A DNA stretch of 64,000 nucleotides from an uncultured Clostridium sp. (GCF_934755305.1 NZ_CAKVLD010000007.1), one strand, 5' to 3'; shown: positions 42,526 through 55,579, counted from the first letter of the stretch. Program-made: numbers and translations. The notes: generated by a model not told the origin, from the letters alone.

Positions 42526-43185
42526 TTATCCTTTTTCTTCAAAATACTTATCTATGGCACAAGCAATACCATCTACTATTTTATCTTGATGCTCTTCACT
42601 ATTAAGTAGTTTCTCTTCTTTATAATTTGACACAAACCCACATTCAACTATTACTGAAGCACCATCATATCTATCTCTCAAAATTTTATATTGTTGCTTA
42701 GCAGGCTTTGCCAACCTATTATTATTATCATCTATTTTTTCCTTAAGACTTTCTTGAATTAAAGTTGCAATCTTAGCACTTTCAGCATTATCTGCATACC
42801 ATACTTGAGCTCCAAAGCATTGTTCCATTCTAAATTTATTTTGATGAATAGATATAAATATATCGCAATTAGTTTCTCTCTTCATCTTACACCTCATTTC
42901 TAAGTCAGCACTTTTTCCTTTTGCTAACTCAGAATCATCTTCTCTGGTTAAATAAGCTTTATACCCATCATCCTCTAAACGTGATTTTAACTTCTTACTA
43001 ATCGCTAAATTAATTTCCTTCTCTAAAGTACCACTTTGCCCCTTAGCTCCTCCATCAATTCCTCCATGACCTGGATCAATTAAAATGATACCTTTTTCAT
43101 CATCTTCTGCATATGCTAATAACTTTATTGGTAAAATAGTTAATAGTATTATCGACAATATAAACACTAAGTTTTTTATCCTCAT
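42526..43185 (-). CDS. cwlD: N-acetylmuramoyl-L-alanine amidase (spore cortex, CwlD-like)
   Basis: IDPGHGGIDGG, EKEINL, ISIHQN, VECGFVSN; position after rpsI; ATG 43185 after GGAGG. Confidence 0.8.
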   Translation of the reverse strand: MRIKNLVFILSIILLTILPIKLLAYAEDDEKGIILIDPGHGGIDGGAKGQSGTLEKEINLAISKKLKSRLEDDGYKAYLTREDDSELAKGKSADLEMRCKMKRETNCDIFISIHQNKFRMEQCFGAQVWYADNAESAKIATLIQESLKEKIDDNNNRLAKPAKQQYKILRDRYDGASVIVECGFVSNYKEEKLLNSEEHQDKIVDGIACAIDKYFEEKG

Positions 43186-43390
43186 AAAATTTCCTCCACA
43201 TAAAATAATTACAATCTTATTATGTGGATAAATCCTTTCTTTATTCAAATCAAAAGAATTCTATATTTCATATATGTAACTTTTAAATCTTCTTTCTCAG
43301 CAAACTTTATTATTATCTCAAAAAAATATACTTACTTAATTTAATATTTCCTCGTATTTAATCTTAATTTCTATAAATTATCTAAATAAC

Positions 43391-43425
43391 AAAAAAACTT
43401 GTAAACATATGTTTACAAGTTTTTT
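43391..43425 (-). terminator. Terminator after rpsI
   Basis: A-run CTTGTAAAC-ATAT-GTTTACAAG T-run. Confidence 0.8.
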
Positions 43426-43436
43426 CATAAAACTCA

Positions 43437-43829
43437 CTATCTCTTTGAGAATTGTGGAGCTCTTCTTGCTTTCTTAAGACCGTATTTCTTTCTTTCCTTC
43501 ATTCTTGGATCTCTTGTTAAGAAACCAGCCTTCTTTAATTCTGGCTTTAAAGCTTCATCAGCTTTTACTAAAGCTCTTGTAATTCCGTGTCTGATAGCTC
43601 CAGCTTGACCTGTGAATCCACCACCATGAACGTTAACTAAAACGTCAAACTTATCCTTAGTTCCTGTTAAAACTAATGGTTGGTTTACGATCATTCTTAA
43701 TGTTTCTAAACCAAAAAAGTTTTCGATGTCTCTCTTATTTATAACAACCTTACCATTTCCTGGTACTAGTCTTACTCTTGCAACTGATTTTTTTCTTCTT
43801 CCAGTTCCCATGTATTGAACTTTTGCCAT
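43437..43829 (-). CDS. rpsI: 30S ribosomal protein S9
   Basis: GTGRRK..VARV, PQFSKR. Confidence 0.98.
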   Translation of the reverse strand: MAKVQYMGTGRRKKSVARVRLVPGNGKVVINKRDIENFFGLETLRMIVNQPLVLTGTKDKFDVLVNVHGGGFTGQAGAIRHGITRALVKADEALKPELKKAGFLTRDPRMKERKKYGLKKARRAPQFSKR

Positions 43830-43855
43830 TTTTTATTCCTCCTCCCGAGCGTGTA

Positions 43856-44290
43856 TTAGTATCTTAATTCAAGTACTTCTGGCTTTTGAGCTTCATGATT
43901 ATGAGCTTCGCCTCTATTAACTTTTAATTTCTTAAGCATTTGTCTTCCTAAAACACCTGTTGGAAGCATTCTTCTTACTGCTTCTTCAAAAGCTAATTCT
44001 GGTTTCTTTTCTAAAACTTCTCTATATGGAGTTTCTTTTAATCCACCAACGTAACCGCTGTACTTTCTTAAGAATTTTTGATCTAACTTCTTACCAGTTA
44101 AAACAACCTTTTCTGCATTAATAACTATAACATAATCTCCGCAATCAACGTTTGGAGTAAATGTTGGCTTATTCTTACCTCTTAATATTGAAGCAACTTG
44201 GCTTGCAACTCTTCCTAGTGGCTTACCAGCAGCATCTACAACATACCATTTTCTTTCAACGTCTTGTGCTTTTGCAATGTATGATTTCAT
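43856..44290 (-). CDS. rplM: 50S ribosomal protein L13
   Basis: WYVVDA..LGRVAS, LRGKNKP. Confidence 0.98.
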   Translation of the reverse strand: MKSYIAKAQDVERKWYVVDAAGKPLGRVASQVASILRGKNKPTFTPNVDCGDYVIVINAEKVVLTGKKLDQKFLRKYSGYVGGLKETPYREVLEKKPELAFEEAVRRMLPTGVLGRQMLKKLKVNRGEAHNHEAQKPEVLELRY

Positions 44291-44316
44291 CTATTTCCCT
44301 CCCTGAACTTACATCT

Positions 44317-44381
44317 TTGATACTTAGTAAGTATCAATTTTATGTCAAGACCCGGGGCTAGTGAGTCTTTTACACATAAAT
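44317..44381 (-). promoter_or_regulatory. L13 ribosomal protein leader RNA
   Basis: Hairpins with AGAC..GCCCCGG..GTCT core in the rplM 5' UTR. Confidence 0.6.
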
Positions 44382-44400
44382 ATTTCTAACAAACAAATTT

Positions 44401-44429
44401 ATTATAATACACGCTTACGGGCGTGTCAA
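44401..44429 (-). promoter_or_regulatory. SigA promoter of rplM-rpsI
   Basis: Consensus TTGACA-17 bp-TATAAT. Confidence 0.85.
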
Positions 44430-44452
44430 CACATTTTCTACTTTTTTTGTAA

Positions 44453-45187
44453 TTAATAAAAAACTTTTTCTAACACCAATCCATTAGCCTTTATGCATGG
44501 TCCTGCCTTAGTTCTATCTAATGATTTAATTATTTTAGGAATATCTTCAACCTTAATTTTTCCTTTTCCTACCTCAACTAAAGTACCTACTATAATTCTA
44601 ACCATATTGTATAAAAAACCATCAGCAGAAATATAAATTTTTATATTTTCTTGATTTTTTTCTATATATAATTCAGAAACAGTTCTTACAGAAGTCTTAA
44701 CAGAGCTTCCATTAGTTTTAAATGCACTAAAATCATGTTTACCTATAAAATACTTACAAGCCTCTTCCATGTTCTCCACATTTAAAGGCTCCTTAACAAG
44801 ACAACAATAATCCTTACCTATTGCTACCTTTTCATATCTATTTATTATAGTATAACTATATGTCTTTCCCTTACTACTATATCGTGCGTGAAATCCTTCT
44901 TCTACCTCTTCTGAACTTAGGATTGCTATATCATCTGGTAAATTTCTATTAATAGCTTCTCTAAACCTTTCAGCCGGAATACTACTATTTGTTTTAAAAT
45001 TAGCAACCATTCCCTTAGCATGAACCCCTGCATCAGTTCTAGAACTACCAATAACCTCAATTTCTTCACCAGTAGCCTTAGATATAGCTTTTTCTAAAAC
45101 ACCTTGAATAGTTTTATTATTATTTTGCTTTTGCCATCCACCATAGTGTGCTCCATCATATTCAATTACTAATTTTATATTTTTCAT
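44453..45187 (-). CDS. truA: tRNA pseudouridine(38-40) synthase
   Basis: [28 protein letters not shown]. Confidence 0.95.
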   Translation of the reverse strand: MKNIKLVIEYDGAHYGGWQKQNNNKTIQGVLEKAISKATGEEIEVIGSSRTDAGVHAKGMVANFKTNSSIPAERFREAINRNLPDDIAILSSEEVEEGFHARYSSKGKTYSYTIINRYEKVAIGKDYCCLVKEPLNVENMEEACKYFIGKHDFSAFKTNGSSVKTSVRTVSELYIEKNQENIKIYISADGFLYNMVRIIVGTLVEVGKGKIKVEDIPKIIKSLDRTKAGPCIKANGLVLEKVFY

Positions 45188-45201
45188 ATAATCCTCTTAT
45201 T

Positions 45202-46005
45202 CTATAATTTAAATCTAACAATAAAACTTATTATAAATAATACTGCAAATATTAAATAAGCAATAGTATCTCTACTAGAATACTTTAGCTCCTTCATTCT
45301 TGTTCTTCCAGTTCCCCCTCTATAGCATCTGGCTTCCATAGCCATTGCCAACTCATCAGCTCTTCTAAAAGAACTAATAAATAATGGTACTAAGAGAGGT
45401 ATTAAACTTTTAGCTTTATCAATGATATTTCCAGTTTCAAAATCTGCTCCTCTAGCCTTTTGAGCTTTCATTATTTTATCTGTTTCCTCCATCAATGTTG
45501 GAATAAATCTTAAAGCTATAGTCATCATCATAGCCAACTCGTGAGCTAAAGTTTTTCCAATAGGTCTTAATAACCTTTCAATTCCATCAGTTAATTCAAT
45601 AGGTGATGTAGTTAATGTTAATAATGAAGTCCCTATAATCAAAAATATAAGCCTTAATGCCATAAATGCTGCAGTACTTAAACCCTCTTTATAAATCTTT
45701 ACAAACCCAACATTAAAAACTAAAGTCTCTGGAGTTCCTTTTATCATAAAAATATTCAAAACTCCAGTTAAAATAATAAGAAATAATATTGGTTTTAAAC
45801 TTTTAAATATAAGTCTTAATGGAACTTTAGAATTTATAATTACAACACCTAAGAAAGCTACAACAAATATGTAACCTACAAATTTATTTATTATAAATAA
45901 TGAAGCAATAAATAAAAGAGAAATTATAATTTTTGTTCTAGGGTCTAATTTATGAGTAAATGATTCTCCAGGTAGATATTGTCCTATAGTTATATCTTGT
46001 AACAC
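45202..46005 (-). CDS. ecfT: ECF transporter transmembrane component T
   Basis: LDPRTK, ALRFIP, AQKARG, AMEARCY. Confidence 0.93.
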   Translation of the reverse strand: MLQDITIGQYLPGESFTHKLDPRTKIIISLLFIASLFIINKFVGYIFVVAFLGVVIINSKVPLRLIFKSLKPILFLIILTGVLNIFMIKGTPETLVFNVGFVKIYKEGLSTAAFMALRLIFLIIGTSLLTLTTSPIELTDGIERLLRPIGKTLAHELAMMMTIALRFIPTLMEETDKIMKAQKARGADFETGNIIDKAKSLIPLLVPLFISSFRRADELAMAMEARCYRGGTGRTRMKELKYSSRDTIAYLIFAVLFIISFIVRFKL

Positions 46006-46021
46006 TCAAATTCCTCCTTTA

Positions 46022-46876
46022 CTATTTATTTTTTAAAATATTCATTAATTCTTTACGTGCTTGCTCTATAGTATAAATATCTTCAGAAACATTAAATCCT
46101 TTTTCTTTAAGTTTCTTCATAAGATAAGTAACTTGAGGTACACCCAACCCAATCTCTTCTAATGTATCAATTTCTTTAAATACCTCTGCTGGTGTTCCTT
46201 CTAAAGCAACCTTACCAGCATTCATTACAATAACCTTTTCAGCAAATTTAGCAACATCCTCCATACTATGGCTTACTAAAATTATAGTCATACCATAATC
46301 CTTATGAAGTTTTTGTATTTGAGTTAATATATCATCTCTTCCCTTAGGATCTAGCCCTGCAGTTGGTTCATCCAATATTAAAGTCTTAGGATTCATAGCA
46401 ATAACTCCTGCTATTGCTACTCTTCTTTTTTGTCCTCCGCTCAAATCAAAAGGAGATTTATCTTTATAATTTTCATAATTTAAACCTACCATCTCCATAG
46501 ATTTAATTACTCTTTCTTCTATCTCATCATCAGATAATCCCAAGTTTCTTGGTCCAAAAGCAATATCTTTTGCTATAGTTTCTTCAAACAATTGATATTC
46601 AGAGTACTGGAACACTAACCCAACTTTCTTTCTTACATCTATTAACTTAATACCTGGCTCTGTAATATTAATACCATCTATAATAATCTTGCCACTAGTA
46701 GGTTTTAATAAACCATTTATATGTTGAATTAAAGTAGATTTTCCAGAACCAGTATGACCGATTAAAGTAACAAATTCACCATCTTTTATCTCCAAACTTA
46801 TATTATCTAAAGCAACTTTCTCAAAAGGACCCTTTGGCATATACACATGGGTTAAATTTTCTATTTTAATTGACAT
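46022..46876 (-). CDS. ecfA2: ECF transporter ATPase A2
   Basis: [28 protein letters not shown]. Confidence 0.92.
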   Translation of the reverse strand: MSIKIENLTHVYMPKGPFEKVALDNISLEIKDGEFVTLIGHTGSGKSTLIQHINGLLKPTSGKIIIDGINITEPGIKLIDVRKKVGLVFQYSEYQLFEETIAKDIAFGPRNLGLSDDEIEERVIKSMEMVGLNYENYKDKSPFDLSGGQKRRVAIAGVIAMNPKTLILDEPTAGLDPKGRDDILTQIQKLHKDYGMTIILVSHSMEDVAKFAEKVIVMNAGKVALEGTPAEVFKEIDTLEEIGLGVPQVTYLMKKLKEKGFNVSEDIYTIEQARKELMNILKNK

Positions 46877-47712
46877 AACGCATCCACCATTTCATCCACA
46901 TTTAATATTTCAGTACTTATATTTATTCCTGATTTATTTAATTCATAAGCCAACTCTGTGACTTGTGGCACATCTAATCCTATCTGTTTCATCTTTTCTA
47001 CTTCAGAAAAAACTTTTTTAGGTGCACCTTCTATAATAATCTTACCATCATCTACAACGACTATTCTATCTCCCTGCGCAGCTTCATCCATATAATGAGT
47101 TATAAGAACTATAGTAATTCCATATTCTTTATTTAATTGTTTTATACTGTTCATTACATCTTTTCTACCACTTGGATCTAACATAGCAGTAGGTTCATCA
47201 AATACTATACATTCAGGCTGCATAGCTAATACCCCAGCTATAGCAACTCTTTGCTTTTGCCCCCCTGATAAGAGATGTGGTGCGTGTCTCTTATACTCGC
47301 TCATACCAACCCTATATAAACTTTCATCAACTCTTCTTCTAATCTCTTTAGGTTCAATTCCTAAATTTTCTGGTCCAAAAGCCACATCTTCTTCAACAAT
47401 TGTTGCGACTAATTGATTATCAGGATTTTGAAAAACCATTCCAGCCTTACTTCTTATATTCCATAGATTATTTTCATCCGAAGTATCTAAACCATCTACT
47501 ATAACCTTGCCTTCAGAAGGTAATAATAAGGCATTAATATGCTTCGCAATAGTAGATTTTCCCGATCCATTGTGTCCAAGAACAACCAAAAATTCCCCCT
47601 TTTTCACTTCCAGGTTTACTCCTTTTAGAGCATATTTCTCTACTTCTTTTTCATCCTCTATGGAAGTATATTTATGTACTAACTTCTGTAAACTTATCAT
47701 ATTGTCATTCAT
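46861..47712 (-). CDS. ecfA1: ECF transporter ATPase A1
   Basis: [24 protein letters not shown]. Confidence 0.92.
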   Translation of the reverse strand: MNDNMISLQKLVHKYTSIEDEKEVEKYALKGVNLEVKKGEFLVVLGHNGSGKSTIAKHINALLLPSEGKVIVDGLDTSDENNLWNIRSKAGMVFQNPDNQLVATIVEEDVAFGPENLGIEPKEIRRRVDESLYRVGMSEYKRHAPHLLSGGQKQRVAIAGVLAMQPECIVFDEPTAMLDPSGRKDVMNSIKQLNKEYGITIVLITHYMDEAAQGDRIVVVDDGKIIIEGAPKKVFSEVEKMKQIGLDVPQVTELAYELNKSGINISTEILNVDEMVDALCQLK

Positions 47713-47895
47713 AATTAATCCTCCAACACAAAATAAAAAAATTTCTATACATTATAAAAAAGACAAACATATATAACATACATCATTTGCTAATATAAAT
47801 ATAATTATATACTACTCATATACTTTATCAATTATTTTTTATGTAATGAATATTTAAATTAATCTTTTTTATATTATATAGAATACTAATATCAC

Positions 47896-47925
47896 AAAAT
47901 GGGGATTAAGTTTAACTTAACCCCC
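47896..47925 (-). terminator. Terminator after rplQ
   Basis: GGGG(G)TTAAG..CTTAATCCCC then ATTTTGT on minus strand. Confidence 0.55.
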
Positions 47926-47931
47926 TATATA

Positions 47932-48273
47932 TTATACTAATTCAAGTATAACCACTTCAGCTCCGTCCCCTCTTCTAGGACCTTTTTTATACATTCTTGT
48001 ATATCCACCGTTTCTTTCAGCGTATTGTGGAGCTATATTATCAAAAAGATTTTTAACAACTGCTTCTTCTTGAACGTAAGATAACACTTGTCTTCTAGCA
48101 TGAAGATCTCCTCTCTTAGCAAGAGTAATCATTTTTTCTGCAAGACTTCTTGTTTCCTTAGCTCTAGTTTCAGTTGTTTCTATTTTACCATACTTTAAGA
48201 AGCTTGTTACAAGACCTCTAAGCATAGCTCTTCTTTGGTCAGTAGCACGACCTAACTTACGATAACCTGCCAT
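47932..48273 (-). CDS. rplQ: 50S ribosomal protein L17
   Basis: RKLGR, RNGGYTR, RRGDGA. Confidence 0.97.
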   Translation of the reverse strand: MAGYRKLGRATDQRRAMLRGLVTSFLKYGKIETTETRAKETRSLAEKMITLAKRGDLHARRQVLSYVQEEAVVKNLFDNIAPQYAERNGGYTRMYKKGPRRGDGAEVVILELV

Positions 48274-48287
48274 GGATTTTTACCTCC

Positions 48288-49235
48288 TTACTCGTCGTTT
48301 AGTTTTAAAGATAAACCTAACTCTTTAAGTTTATGTTCAACTTCTTCTAAGGATTTCTTTCCTAGATTTCTAACTTTCATCATATCGTCCATAGATCTTG
48401 TTGCAAGTTCTTGAACAGTATTGATACCAGCTCTCTTTAAACAGTTATATGATCTAACTGATAAATCAAGTTCTTCTACAGTCATTTCTAAGACTTTTTC
48501 CTTTTTATCTTCTTCTTTTTCTATCATTATTTCAACATCATTAGTATTATTAGTTAATGACATGAATAATTTAAAATGTTCTATAAGGATTTTAGCTGAT
48601 AAACTTATAGCCTCATCAATCTTTATAGTACCATTAGTCCATATTTCTAAAGTTAACTTATCATAGTCAGTTATTTGACCAACTCTTGTATTTTCTACAG
48701 TAAAGTTAACTCTTTTTACTGGTGTGTATATTGAATCCACAGCTATTGCAGAAATAGGCAGTTCTTCACTCTTATTTTTATTTTGAGTAACATATCCTCT
48801 TCCTTTATTAACTGTTAATTCCATATAAAGTCTTCCATCATCGTCAAGAGTTGCAATATGTAAATCCTTATTAACAACTTCAACGTCTCCGTCACTCTTT
48901 ATATCTGCGCCTGTTACAACGCCTGGTCCTTTAGCATCTATATATATAGTCTTTGGACCTTCACCATTCATTCTTAAAGCTAAAGCTTTAATGTTAAGAA
49001 TTAATTCTGTAACATCTTCTTTAACTCCTTGTACAGTAGAGAATTCATGAAGTACTCCATCTATTTTCACAGATGTTGTTGCTGCACCAGGTAAAGATGA
49101 TAACAAAATTCTTCTAAGAGCATTTCCTAAAGTAATTCCATAACCTCTTTCTAATGGTTCAACTACATACTTACCGTAAGTACCATCTTCATTCGCTTCT
49201 ACACATTCGATTATTGGCTTTTCTATTTCTAACAT
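48288..49235 (-). CDS. rpoA: RNA polymerase alpha subunit
   Basis: [42 protein letters not shown] 49235 after AGGAGG. Confidence 0.98.
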   Translation of the reverse strand: MLEIEKPIIECVEANEDGTYGKYVVEPLERGYGITLGNALRRILLSSLPGAATTSVKIDGVLHEFSTVQGVKEDVTELILNIKALALRMNGEGPKTIYIDAKGPGVVTGADIKSDGDVEVVNKDLHIATLDDDGRLYMELTVNKGRGYVTQNKNKSEELPISAIAVDSIYTPVKRVNFTVENTRVGQITDYDKLTLEIWTNGTIKIDEAISLSAKILIEHFKLFMSLTNNTNDVEIMIEKEEDKKEKVLEMTVEELDLSVRSYNCLKRAGINTVQELATRSMDDMMKVRNLGKKSLEEVEHKLKELGLSLKLNDE

Positions 49236-49332
49236 ACACAAACCCTCCTTATTATTAAAATGGCAACCTTTTGAGGGCAACTGATTCTATATTTGCTGTA
49301 AAAGATAACTTTATACAGCAAATATTTATTTA

Positions 49333-49953
49333 TTACTTGCTGTATAACTCAACAATTAGAGTTTCATTAACTGGTACGTCAATGTCTTCTCTAGCTGGTT
49401 CAGCAACTACTTTGCCTTCGTAGTTTTCAACATTTGCTTCTAACCATTTTGGTAATGTCTTTGGATTTTCAGCAAAAGTCTTAAATTTTTCGCTTCCTCT
49501 GCTTTTTTCACATACAGAGATAACATCGTTAACTGAAACTTTGTATGAAGCAATATCAACTTTCTTACCATTTACTAAGAAATGTCCATGAGTTACTAAT
49601 TGTCTAGCTTCATTTCTTGATGCACCGTAACCTAATCTATAAACTACGTTATCAAGTCTTAATTCTAGTAATTTTAATAGGTTTTCACCTGTAATTCCTT
49701 TTATGTGTTCAGCCTTTTCATAATATGTTCTGAATTGGCTTTCTAACACACCATATATTCTTTTTGCTTTTTGTTTTTCTCTTAATTGAACACCATAGTT
49801 AGAAACTTTCTTTTTGTTAGCTCCGTGTTGTCCTGGTGCGTAGCTTCTTCTAACAAAAGCACATTTATCTGTATAACATCTATCCCCTTTAAGGAATAAT
49901 TTCATACCTTCTCTTCTACATAATCTACATGTAGCTCCAGTATATCTTGCCAT
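49333..49953 (-). CDS. rpsD: 30S ribosomal protein S4
   Basis: [24 protein letters not shown]. Confidence 0.98.
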   Translation of the reverse strand: MARYTGATCRLCRREGMKLFLKGDRCYTDKCAFVRRSYAPGQHGANKKKVSNYGVQLREKQKAKRIYGVLESQFRTYYEKAEHIKGITGENLLKLLELRLDNVVYRLGYGASRNEARQLVTHGHFLVNGKKVDIASYKVSVNDVISVCEKSRGSEKFKTFAENPKTLPKWLEANVENYEGKVVAEPAREDIDVPVNETLIVELYSK

Positions 49954-49979
49954 TAATTACACCTCCTGTGATGGTTGTA

Positions 49980-50375
49980 CTAGACTCTTCTTCTTTTTGG
50001 TGGTCTACATCCATTGTGAGGAATTGGAGTAACATCTTTTATTAAAGTTACTTCTAATCCTGCTGCTTGTAGAGATCTTATAGCTGCCTCTCTACCTGCT
50101 CCTGGTCCCTTTACATATACTTCAATGCTCTTTAAACCATGTTCCATTGCTGCTTTAGCTGCTGTTTCAGCTGCCATTTGAGCTGCATAAGGAGTACTCT
50201 TTTTTGACCCTCTGAATCCAAGAGCTCCTGCACTTGACCATGATAATGCATTTCCTACTGCATCTGTTAAAGTAACAATTGAGTTATTGAAAGTTGACTT
50301 GATGTGTGCTGCACCATGCTCAACATTTTTTCTTTCTTTTCTTCTTCTAGTCTTTTTGACTTTTTGAGCTGCCAT
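49980..50375 (-). CDS. rpsK: 30S ribosomal protein S11
   Basis: [23 protein letters not shown]. Confidence 0.98.
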   Translation of the reverse strand: MAAQKVKKTRRRKERKNVEHGAAHIKSTFNNSIVTLTDAVGNALSWSSAGALGFRGSKKSTPYAAQMAAETAAKAAMEHGLKSIEVYVKGPGAGREAAIRSLQAAGLEVTLIKDVTPIPHNGCRPPKRRRV

Positions 50376-50390
50376 TATCTTTCCTCCTTA

Positions 50391-50759
50391 TTACTTCTTC
50401 TTATTTGCGATAGTCTTCTTAGGACCTTTTCTAGTTCTCGCATTAGTCTTAGTTTTTTGTCCTCTTACTGGAAGACCTCTTCTATGTCTAATTCCTCTAT
50501 AGCATCCTATTTCTTGTAATCTCTTAATGTTTAAAGCAACGTCTCTTCTTAAATCACCTTCAACAATTAAGTTCTTGTTGATATAAGATCTAATTTCGTT
50601 AACTTCGTCTTCTGAAAGATCTTTAACTCTTGTATCAGGATTAATTCCTGTAACAGCTAATATCTTTTGAGAAGTTGATAAACCTATTCCGAAGATATAA
50701 GTTAGACCTATTTCAACTCTTTTTTCTCTTGGTAAGTCAATACCTGCTATTCTTGCCAT
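50391..50759 (-). CDS. rpsM: 30S ribosomal protein S13
   Basis: [25 protein letters not shown]. Confidence 0.98.
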   Translation of the reverse strand: MARIAGIDLPREKRVEIGLTYIFGIGLSTSQKILAVTGINPDTRVKDLSEDEVNEIRSYINKNLIVEGDLRRDVALNIKRLQEIGCYRGIRHRRGLPVRGQKTKTNARTRKGPKKTIANKKK

Positions 50760-50823
50760 TAAAATTTACACCTCCTGGTAATTAAAATGCCTTAAAAAGT
50801 TGATTTTATAGTATATAATAAAA

Positions 50824-50925
50824 TTTTAGGTATAAGAGAGATACCTCTCTACATCAGCCGCTCCTAAAACCTAATTATTAAATTAATGCCTATATAATCA
50901 TATTTGACTTTACTTAAAAAGTCAA
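50824..50925 (-). promoter_or_regulatory. Internal promoter and structured leader upstream of rpsM
   Basis: TTGACT-17 bp-TATGAT (50897-50925); stem TTTTAGG..CCTAAAA enclosing AGAGAG/CTCTCT hairpin (50824-50869). Confidence 0.5.
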
Positions 50926-50973
50926 TAAATTTTAAATGCCTTATCTGTATTTTTTGTCTAATATTATTTTCTA

Positions 50974-51132
<159 letters not shown>

Positions 51133-51137
51133 CTATC

Positions 51138-51356
51138 TTATTTAGCTCTCCATGTAATTCTACCTCTTGTTAAATCATATGGAGAAAGTTCTACTGTAAC
51201 TTTATCTCCTGGTAGAATTCTTATGAAGTTCATTCTTAATTTTCCTGATATATGTGCTAGAATTTTATGACCACTTTCAAGTTCAACTTGAAACATGGCA
51301 TTAGGTAAAGATTCTAAAACTGTACCTTGCATTTCTATAACATCATCTTTTGACAT
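51138..51356 (-). CDS. infA: Translation initiation factor IF-1
   Basis: [30 protein letters not shown]. Confidence 0.97.
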   Translation of the reverse strand: MSKDDVIEMQGTVLESLPNAMFQVELESGHKILAHISGKLRMNFIRILPGDKVTVELSPYDLTRGRITWRAK

Positions 51357-51363
51357 AAGGTAA

Positions 51364-51654
51364 TCAACCCTCCTTAACAATGCCTTCAAATTTTAAAAAT
51401 TTCTTAATCTTTAAATCAGTACTTTTATCATTATTAATGATAGCATATTTGATTTCATCATCTACTGTATCTAAGAAGCTTAAATGTTTAATCTTTTTCT
51501 TCTTAGGATTAGATATTAACTTAGTATTACCATTTGTTAACAACACATATTGTTCGTCTATTACTTCAGTAATAACATATAAATGATTTTTATCTCTTCC
51601 TGCTTTTGAAAGTACTATTCTTCCAATCAAGTCATTGTTTTGCAAATTATTCAC
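51364..51654 (-). CDS. KOW-domain (L14e-like) RNA-binding protein
   Basis: [21 protein letters not shown]; conserved map-infA position. Confidence 0.85.
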   Translation of the reverse strand: MNNLQNNDLIGRIVLSKAGRDKNHLYVITEVIDEQYVLLTNGNTKLISNPKKKKIKHLSFLDTVDDEIKYAIINNDKSTDLKIKKFLKFEGIVKEG

Positions 51655-51714
51655 CTCGATGATTACCTTAGTATAAATCTCATAAATTATGAAAATTTAT
51701 AACTAAGCAACACT

Positions 51715-52464
51715 CTATTTAATTAGTGTTAATATCTCCGGTCCATCTGGTAAAATTGCAACAGTATTTTCATAATGCGCCGATAGGCTTTTATCACTTG
51801 TTACAACAGTCCATCCATTATTTAGAGTAGAAACTCTAAATCCACCTGCATTCACCATTGGTTCTACTGCTAAAACCATTCCCTCAACAAGCTTTGGTCC
51901 TCTACCTGGTCTTCCAAAGTTAGGTACGTCTGGATCTTCATGTACTGATCTTCCTATACCGTGCCCAACAAATTCCCGTACCACCGAGAAACCTGAACCT
52001 TCAACATAACATTGTATTTCATGCGAAATATCCGTCAACTTGTTTCCTATTCGAGCAAACTTTATTCCCTTAAAGAAACTTTGTTTTGTAACGTCTATTA
52101 GCTTCTGAGCTTCATCTGAAACATTTCCTACTGAAAATGTTCTAGCTGCGTCTCCATGAAATCCATCAAGACATGCTCCACAATCAACACTAACTATATC
52201 TCCTTCTTGTAGTCTATATGATCCTGGTATCCCATGTACTACTTGCTCATTAACAGATATACATAATGATGAAGGAAAACCATATAAACCTTTAAAAGAC
52301 GGTTTAGCTCCATGTTTAGTTATGAATTCTTCTGCAATTCTATCCAATTCCGTAGTAGTTATACCAGGCTTAATTGCCTTTTCTACAAGTAGTAGAGTTT
52401 CAGCTACAACTCTTCCAGCATTACGCATTAGTTCTATTTCATGATTATTTTTAATAATAATCAT
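51715..52464 (-). CDS. map: Methionine aminopeptidase type I
   Basis: VVHGIP, GFHGDAART, GHGIG..HEDP, SAHYENT. Confidence 0.96.
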   Translation of the reverse strand: MIIIKNNHEIELMRNAGRVVAETLLLVEKAIKPGITTTELDRIAEEFITKHGAKPSFKGLYGFPSSLCISVNEQVVHGIPGSYRLQEGDIVSVDCGACLDGFHGDAARTFSVGNVSDEAQKLIDVTKQSFFKGIKFARIGNKLTDISHEIQCYVEGSGFSVVREFVGHGIGRSVHEDPDVPNFGRPGRGPKLVEGMVLAVEPMVNAGGFRVSTLNNGWTVVTSDKSLSAHYENTVAILPDGPEILTLIK

Positions 52465-53123
52465 TATTTATTACCTAATACGTCACAAATGCTTTCAAAT
52501 ACTTCATTAATAGCTTTTGTTCCTTCCACTACTGAAAGTAAGTTCTTATCTCTATAGAAATCAATTAGCGGTTGTGTTTGTCTTTCATAAACATCAAGTC
52601 TTTCCTTCACGGTTTCTTCAGTATCATCTTTTCTTTGAACGACTTCTGAACCACAAAGTTCACATTTATTATCAACTGCAGGGTTGAATTTAACATGATA
52701 ACTTGCTCCGCATGAAGGACACACTCTTCTTCCAGTCATTCTTTCAAGTATGAAATCTCTAGGAACATCAATTAATAATGCTGTATCTAAAGATTCATTT
52801 CTACTTCTCAAGAATTCTTGAAGTGATTCTGCCTGACTAACAGTTCTTGGGAAGCCATCTAATAAGTATCCAGATTTACAATCTTCTTCTTGAAGTCTAT
52901 CTTTCACCATATTTATAGTTACTTCATCAGGAACTAATTGTCCGTTATCCATATACTTTTTTGCCTCTATTCCAAGAGGAGTATTTTCTGAAATATTCTT
53001 TCTAAAAATATCTCCAGTTGAAATATGAGGTATTGAGTATTTATTACTAATTGATTTTGCCTGCGTTCCTTTTCCTGCACCCGGAGGGCCTAATAATATA
53101 ATCTTCACCGGCATCATCTCCAT
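52464..53123 (-). CDS. adk: Adenylate kinase (true start probably 53108-53114)
   Basis: [18 protein letters not shown], Zn-lid CPSC..CELC. Confidence 0.96.
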   Translation of the reverse strand: MEMMPVKIILLGPPGAGKGTQAKSISNKYSIPHISTGDIFRKNISENTPLGIEAKKYMDNGQLVPDEVTINMVKDRLQEEDCKSGYLLDGFPRTVSQAESLQEFLRSRNESLDTALLIDVPRDFILERMTGRRVCPSCGASYHVKFNPAVDNKCELCGSEVVQRKDDTEETVKERLDVYERQTQPLIDFYRDKNLLSVVEGTKAINEVFESICDVLGNK

Positions 53124-53131
53124 CTTTTTTC

Positions 53132-54406
53132 TTATTTAAGAAATCCTTCATAGTGACGCATAACCATTTGAGACTCTAATCTTTTCGAAAAATCTATGGC
53201 TACTCCAATAACTATAAGTATAGCTGTTGCACCAAAGGATATCTCACCAAAATCTGAGTATTGTGATATTAATATTGGAATTATTGCCAATACTGCAGCA
53301 TATATTCCTCCAATTATAGATATCTTAGCAATTACTTTTTCAAAATATCTAGTTGTTTGTTCACCTGGTCTTACACCTGGAACAAATCCAGCAGACTTAT
53401 TTAAGTTTTCTGCTAATTCATCAGGCTTTAATGTAACTTCATTGTAGAACCAAGTAAAAAATATAGTTAATATCGCATACACAACTGGATACATCCAAGT
53501 ACTTTTATTAAAAATACTATAAGGACTTGTTAATATCCAAACTGACCATTCTTTTGTTGGGAAGAAATTAGCTATTGCTTCAGGGAATCCCATAACAGAC
53601 ATAGCAAATATAATAGCTATAACTGCAGCACCAATTATACTAAATGGTATATGAGTTGATTGCCCTTTCATAACCTTACTTCCAACAGCTTTTCCTGCAT
53701 ATTGCACTGGTATTCTTCTTTCAGCTTGATTAAAGAATATAGATGCAACTAATAAAGCAACTGCTCCAACAAAGAATAATACTAATTCAACAATTGTTAC
53801 TGTATCAGCTTTTTCTAACTGAATAAGTCTTGCTATTGTTAAAGGTAGTCTTGAAATAATGTTAACAAAAATTAAAATTGATGTACCATTACCAAAACCT
53901 TTTACTGTTATCTGGTCTCCTAACCATATACAAAATGTTGAACCAACTATTAATGAAATTAAAACAACAACTATTTCAAAGGTAGTCATTCCAGCTGTTG
54001 CACCTTTTTGAGATAGAGAAGCAATTATCCCATATCCAAGTGTTATAGCAATAACAAGCGATAAATAACGTGTTGCTTGTTGAATCTTTTTTCTACCTTC
54101 TTCACCTTCTTTTTGTAACTGTTCTAATGAAGGAATTCCTATTGTTAATAATTGCATAATTATTGACGCATTAATGTATGGCATTACACCTAAAGCTAAT
54201 ATACTGAAACTACTAAAAGCACCTCCAGAAATTAGATCATAGAAACCAAGTAACCCAGTTTGAGTTAATTGCTTTAGGAAACTAGAATCAACTCCAGGAA
54301 CAGGAATGTGAGTTCCCATCCTGAAAATTGCTACTAAAGCTATTGTCCAAAAGAATTTTTTTCTCAAATCAGGGACCTTCCAGGCATTACGTAGGGTTGA
54401 TAGCAT
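53132..54406 (-). CDS. secY: Preprotein translocase SecY
   Basis: [27 protein letters not shown]; spc operon position. Confidence 0.96.
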   Translation of the reverse strand: MLSTLRNAWKVPDLRKKFFWTIALVAIFRMGTHIPVPGVDSSFLKQLTQTGLLGFYDLISGGAFSSFSILALGVMPYINASIIMQLLTIGIPSLEQLQKEGEEGRKKIQQATRYLSLVIAITLGYGIIASLSQKGATAGMTTFEIVVVLISLIVGSTFCIWLGDQITVKGFGNGTSILIFVNIISRLPLTIARLIQLEKADTVTIVELVLFFVGAVALLVASIFFNQAERRIPVQYAGKAVGSKVMKGQSTHIPFSIIGAAVIAIIFAMSVMGFPEAIANFFPTKEWSVWILTSPYSIFNKSTWMYPVVYAILTIFFTWFYNEVTLKPDELAENLNKSAGFVPGVRPGEQTTRYFEKVIAKISIIGGIYAAVLAIIPILISQYSDFGEISFGATAILIVIGVAIDFSKRLESQMVMRHYEGFLK

Positions 54407-54407
54407 A

Positions 54408-54848
54408 TTAAATCACCTCAACTTTTCCTCCAGCTGCTTCAATTTTTTCTACAGCAGCCTTTGAAAGCTTACATCCTTTTATAGTTAAGCTCTTTTCTAA
54501 GTTTCCGTTTCCTAATATCTTAACTCCATCTTGTACTTTACTTATAACTCTATTTGCAAGTAAAACTTCTGGAGTAACTTCTGTTCCGTTTTCAAATATA
54601 TTTAATCTATCTACGTTTATACTAACAATTTTCTTAGCAAATATATTTGTAAAACCTCTCTTTGGAAGTCTTCTGTATAGAGGCATTTGACCTCCTTCGA
54701 ATCCAGGTCTAACTCCACCGCCTGATCTAGCGTTTTGTCCTTTTTCACCTTTACCAGCGTTTCTTCCTAATCCAGAACCAGTACCTCTACCAACTCTTTT
54801 AGGAGCCTTCTTACTACCAGCTGCTGGTCTTAATTCATGAAGTTTCAT
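54408..54848 (-). CDS. rplO: 50S ribosomal protein L15
   Basis: [18 protein letters not shown]. Confidence 0.98.
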   Translation of the reverse strand: MKLHELRPAAGSKKAPKRVGRGTGSGLGRNAGKGEKGQNARSGGGVRPGFEGGQMPLYRRLPKRGFTNIFAKKIVSINVDRLNIFENGTEVTPEVLLANRVISKVQDGVKILGNGNLEKSLTIKGCKLSKAAVEKIEAAGGKVEVI

Positions 54849-54869
54849 ATTCAGTGCACCTCCTCTATA

Positions 54870-55049
54870 TTATACTTCTTCTACTTTTAATAAGTAGTTT
54901 ATCTTGTTAATCATACCTTGTATTTGAGGAGTCCCCTCATGTTCTACTGTTTTACCAATCTTCTTAAGTCCAAGGGCATTTGCAGTAGCGATATGGTCTT
55001 TCTTTCTACCTATTAAGCTCTTTACTAATGTAACTCTTAACTTTGCCAT
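54870..55049 (-). CDS. rpmD: 50S ribosomal protein L30 (not in ORF track)
   Basis: [36 protein letters not shown], 59 aa between rpsE and rplO. Confidence 0.95.
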   Translation of the reverse strand: MAKLRVTLVKSLIGRKKDHIATANALGLKKIGKTVEHEGTPQIQGMINKINYLLKVEEV

Positions 55050-55062
55050 CGCAAGATACCTC

Positions 55063-55560
55063 CTAACCTAATATTTCTTCAACAGATTTTCCTCTTAACT
55101 TAGCAATATCTTCAGCTGTTCTTAAGTTTGCTAATCCGTTGATTGTTGCATTTACCATATTTCTTGGGTTGTTTGAACCTAATGATTTAGCTCTAACATC
55201 CTTTAATCCTGCTAATTCAAGCACATCTCTAGCTGGCCCACCAGCGATAACTCCTGTACCTTCTTTAGCTGGCATTATAAGAACCTTACCAGTTCCGAAA
55301 GTTCCGTAGATTTCATGAGGAACTGTTGTTCCAACTATTGCAACTTCAACTAGGTTCTTTTTAGCATCTTCAATTCCTTTTCTAATTGCTACTGGGATTT
55401 CGATAGATTTACCCATTCCAACACCAACATGACCGTTTTCGTCTCCGACAACTACAAGTGCGCTGAATCTAAAGTTTCTACCACCCTTAACAACCTTAGT
55501 AACTCTGTTTATGAAAACAACCTTTTCCTTTAGGTCTAGTGTACTAGGATCGATTCTCAT
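55063..55560 (-). CDS. rpsE: 30S ribosomal protein S5
   Basis: [14 protein letters not shown]. Confidence 0.98.
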   Translation of the reverse strand: MRIDPSTLDLKEKVVFINRVTKVVKGGRNFRFSALVVVGDENGHVGVGMGKSIEIPVAIRKGIEDAKKNLVEVAIVGTTVPHEIYGTFGTGKVLIMPAKEGTGVIAGGPARDVLELAGLKDVRAKSLGSNNPRNMVNATINGLANLRTAEDIAKLRGKSVEEILG

Positions 55561-55579
55561 GTATTTCCCTCCTTATTTA

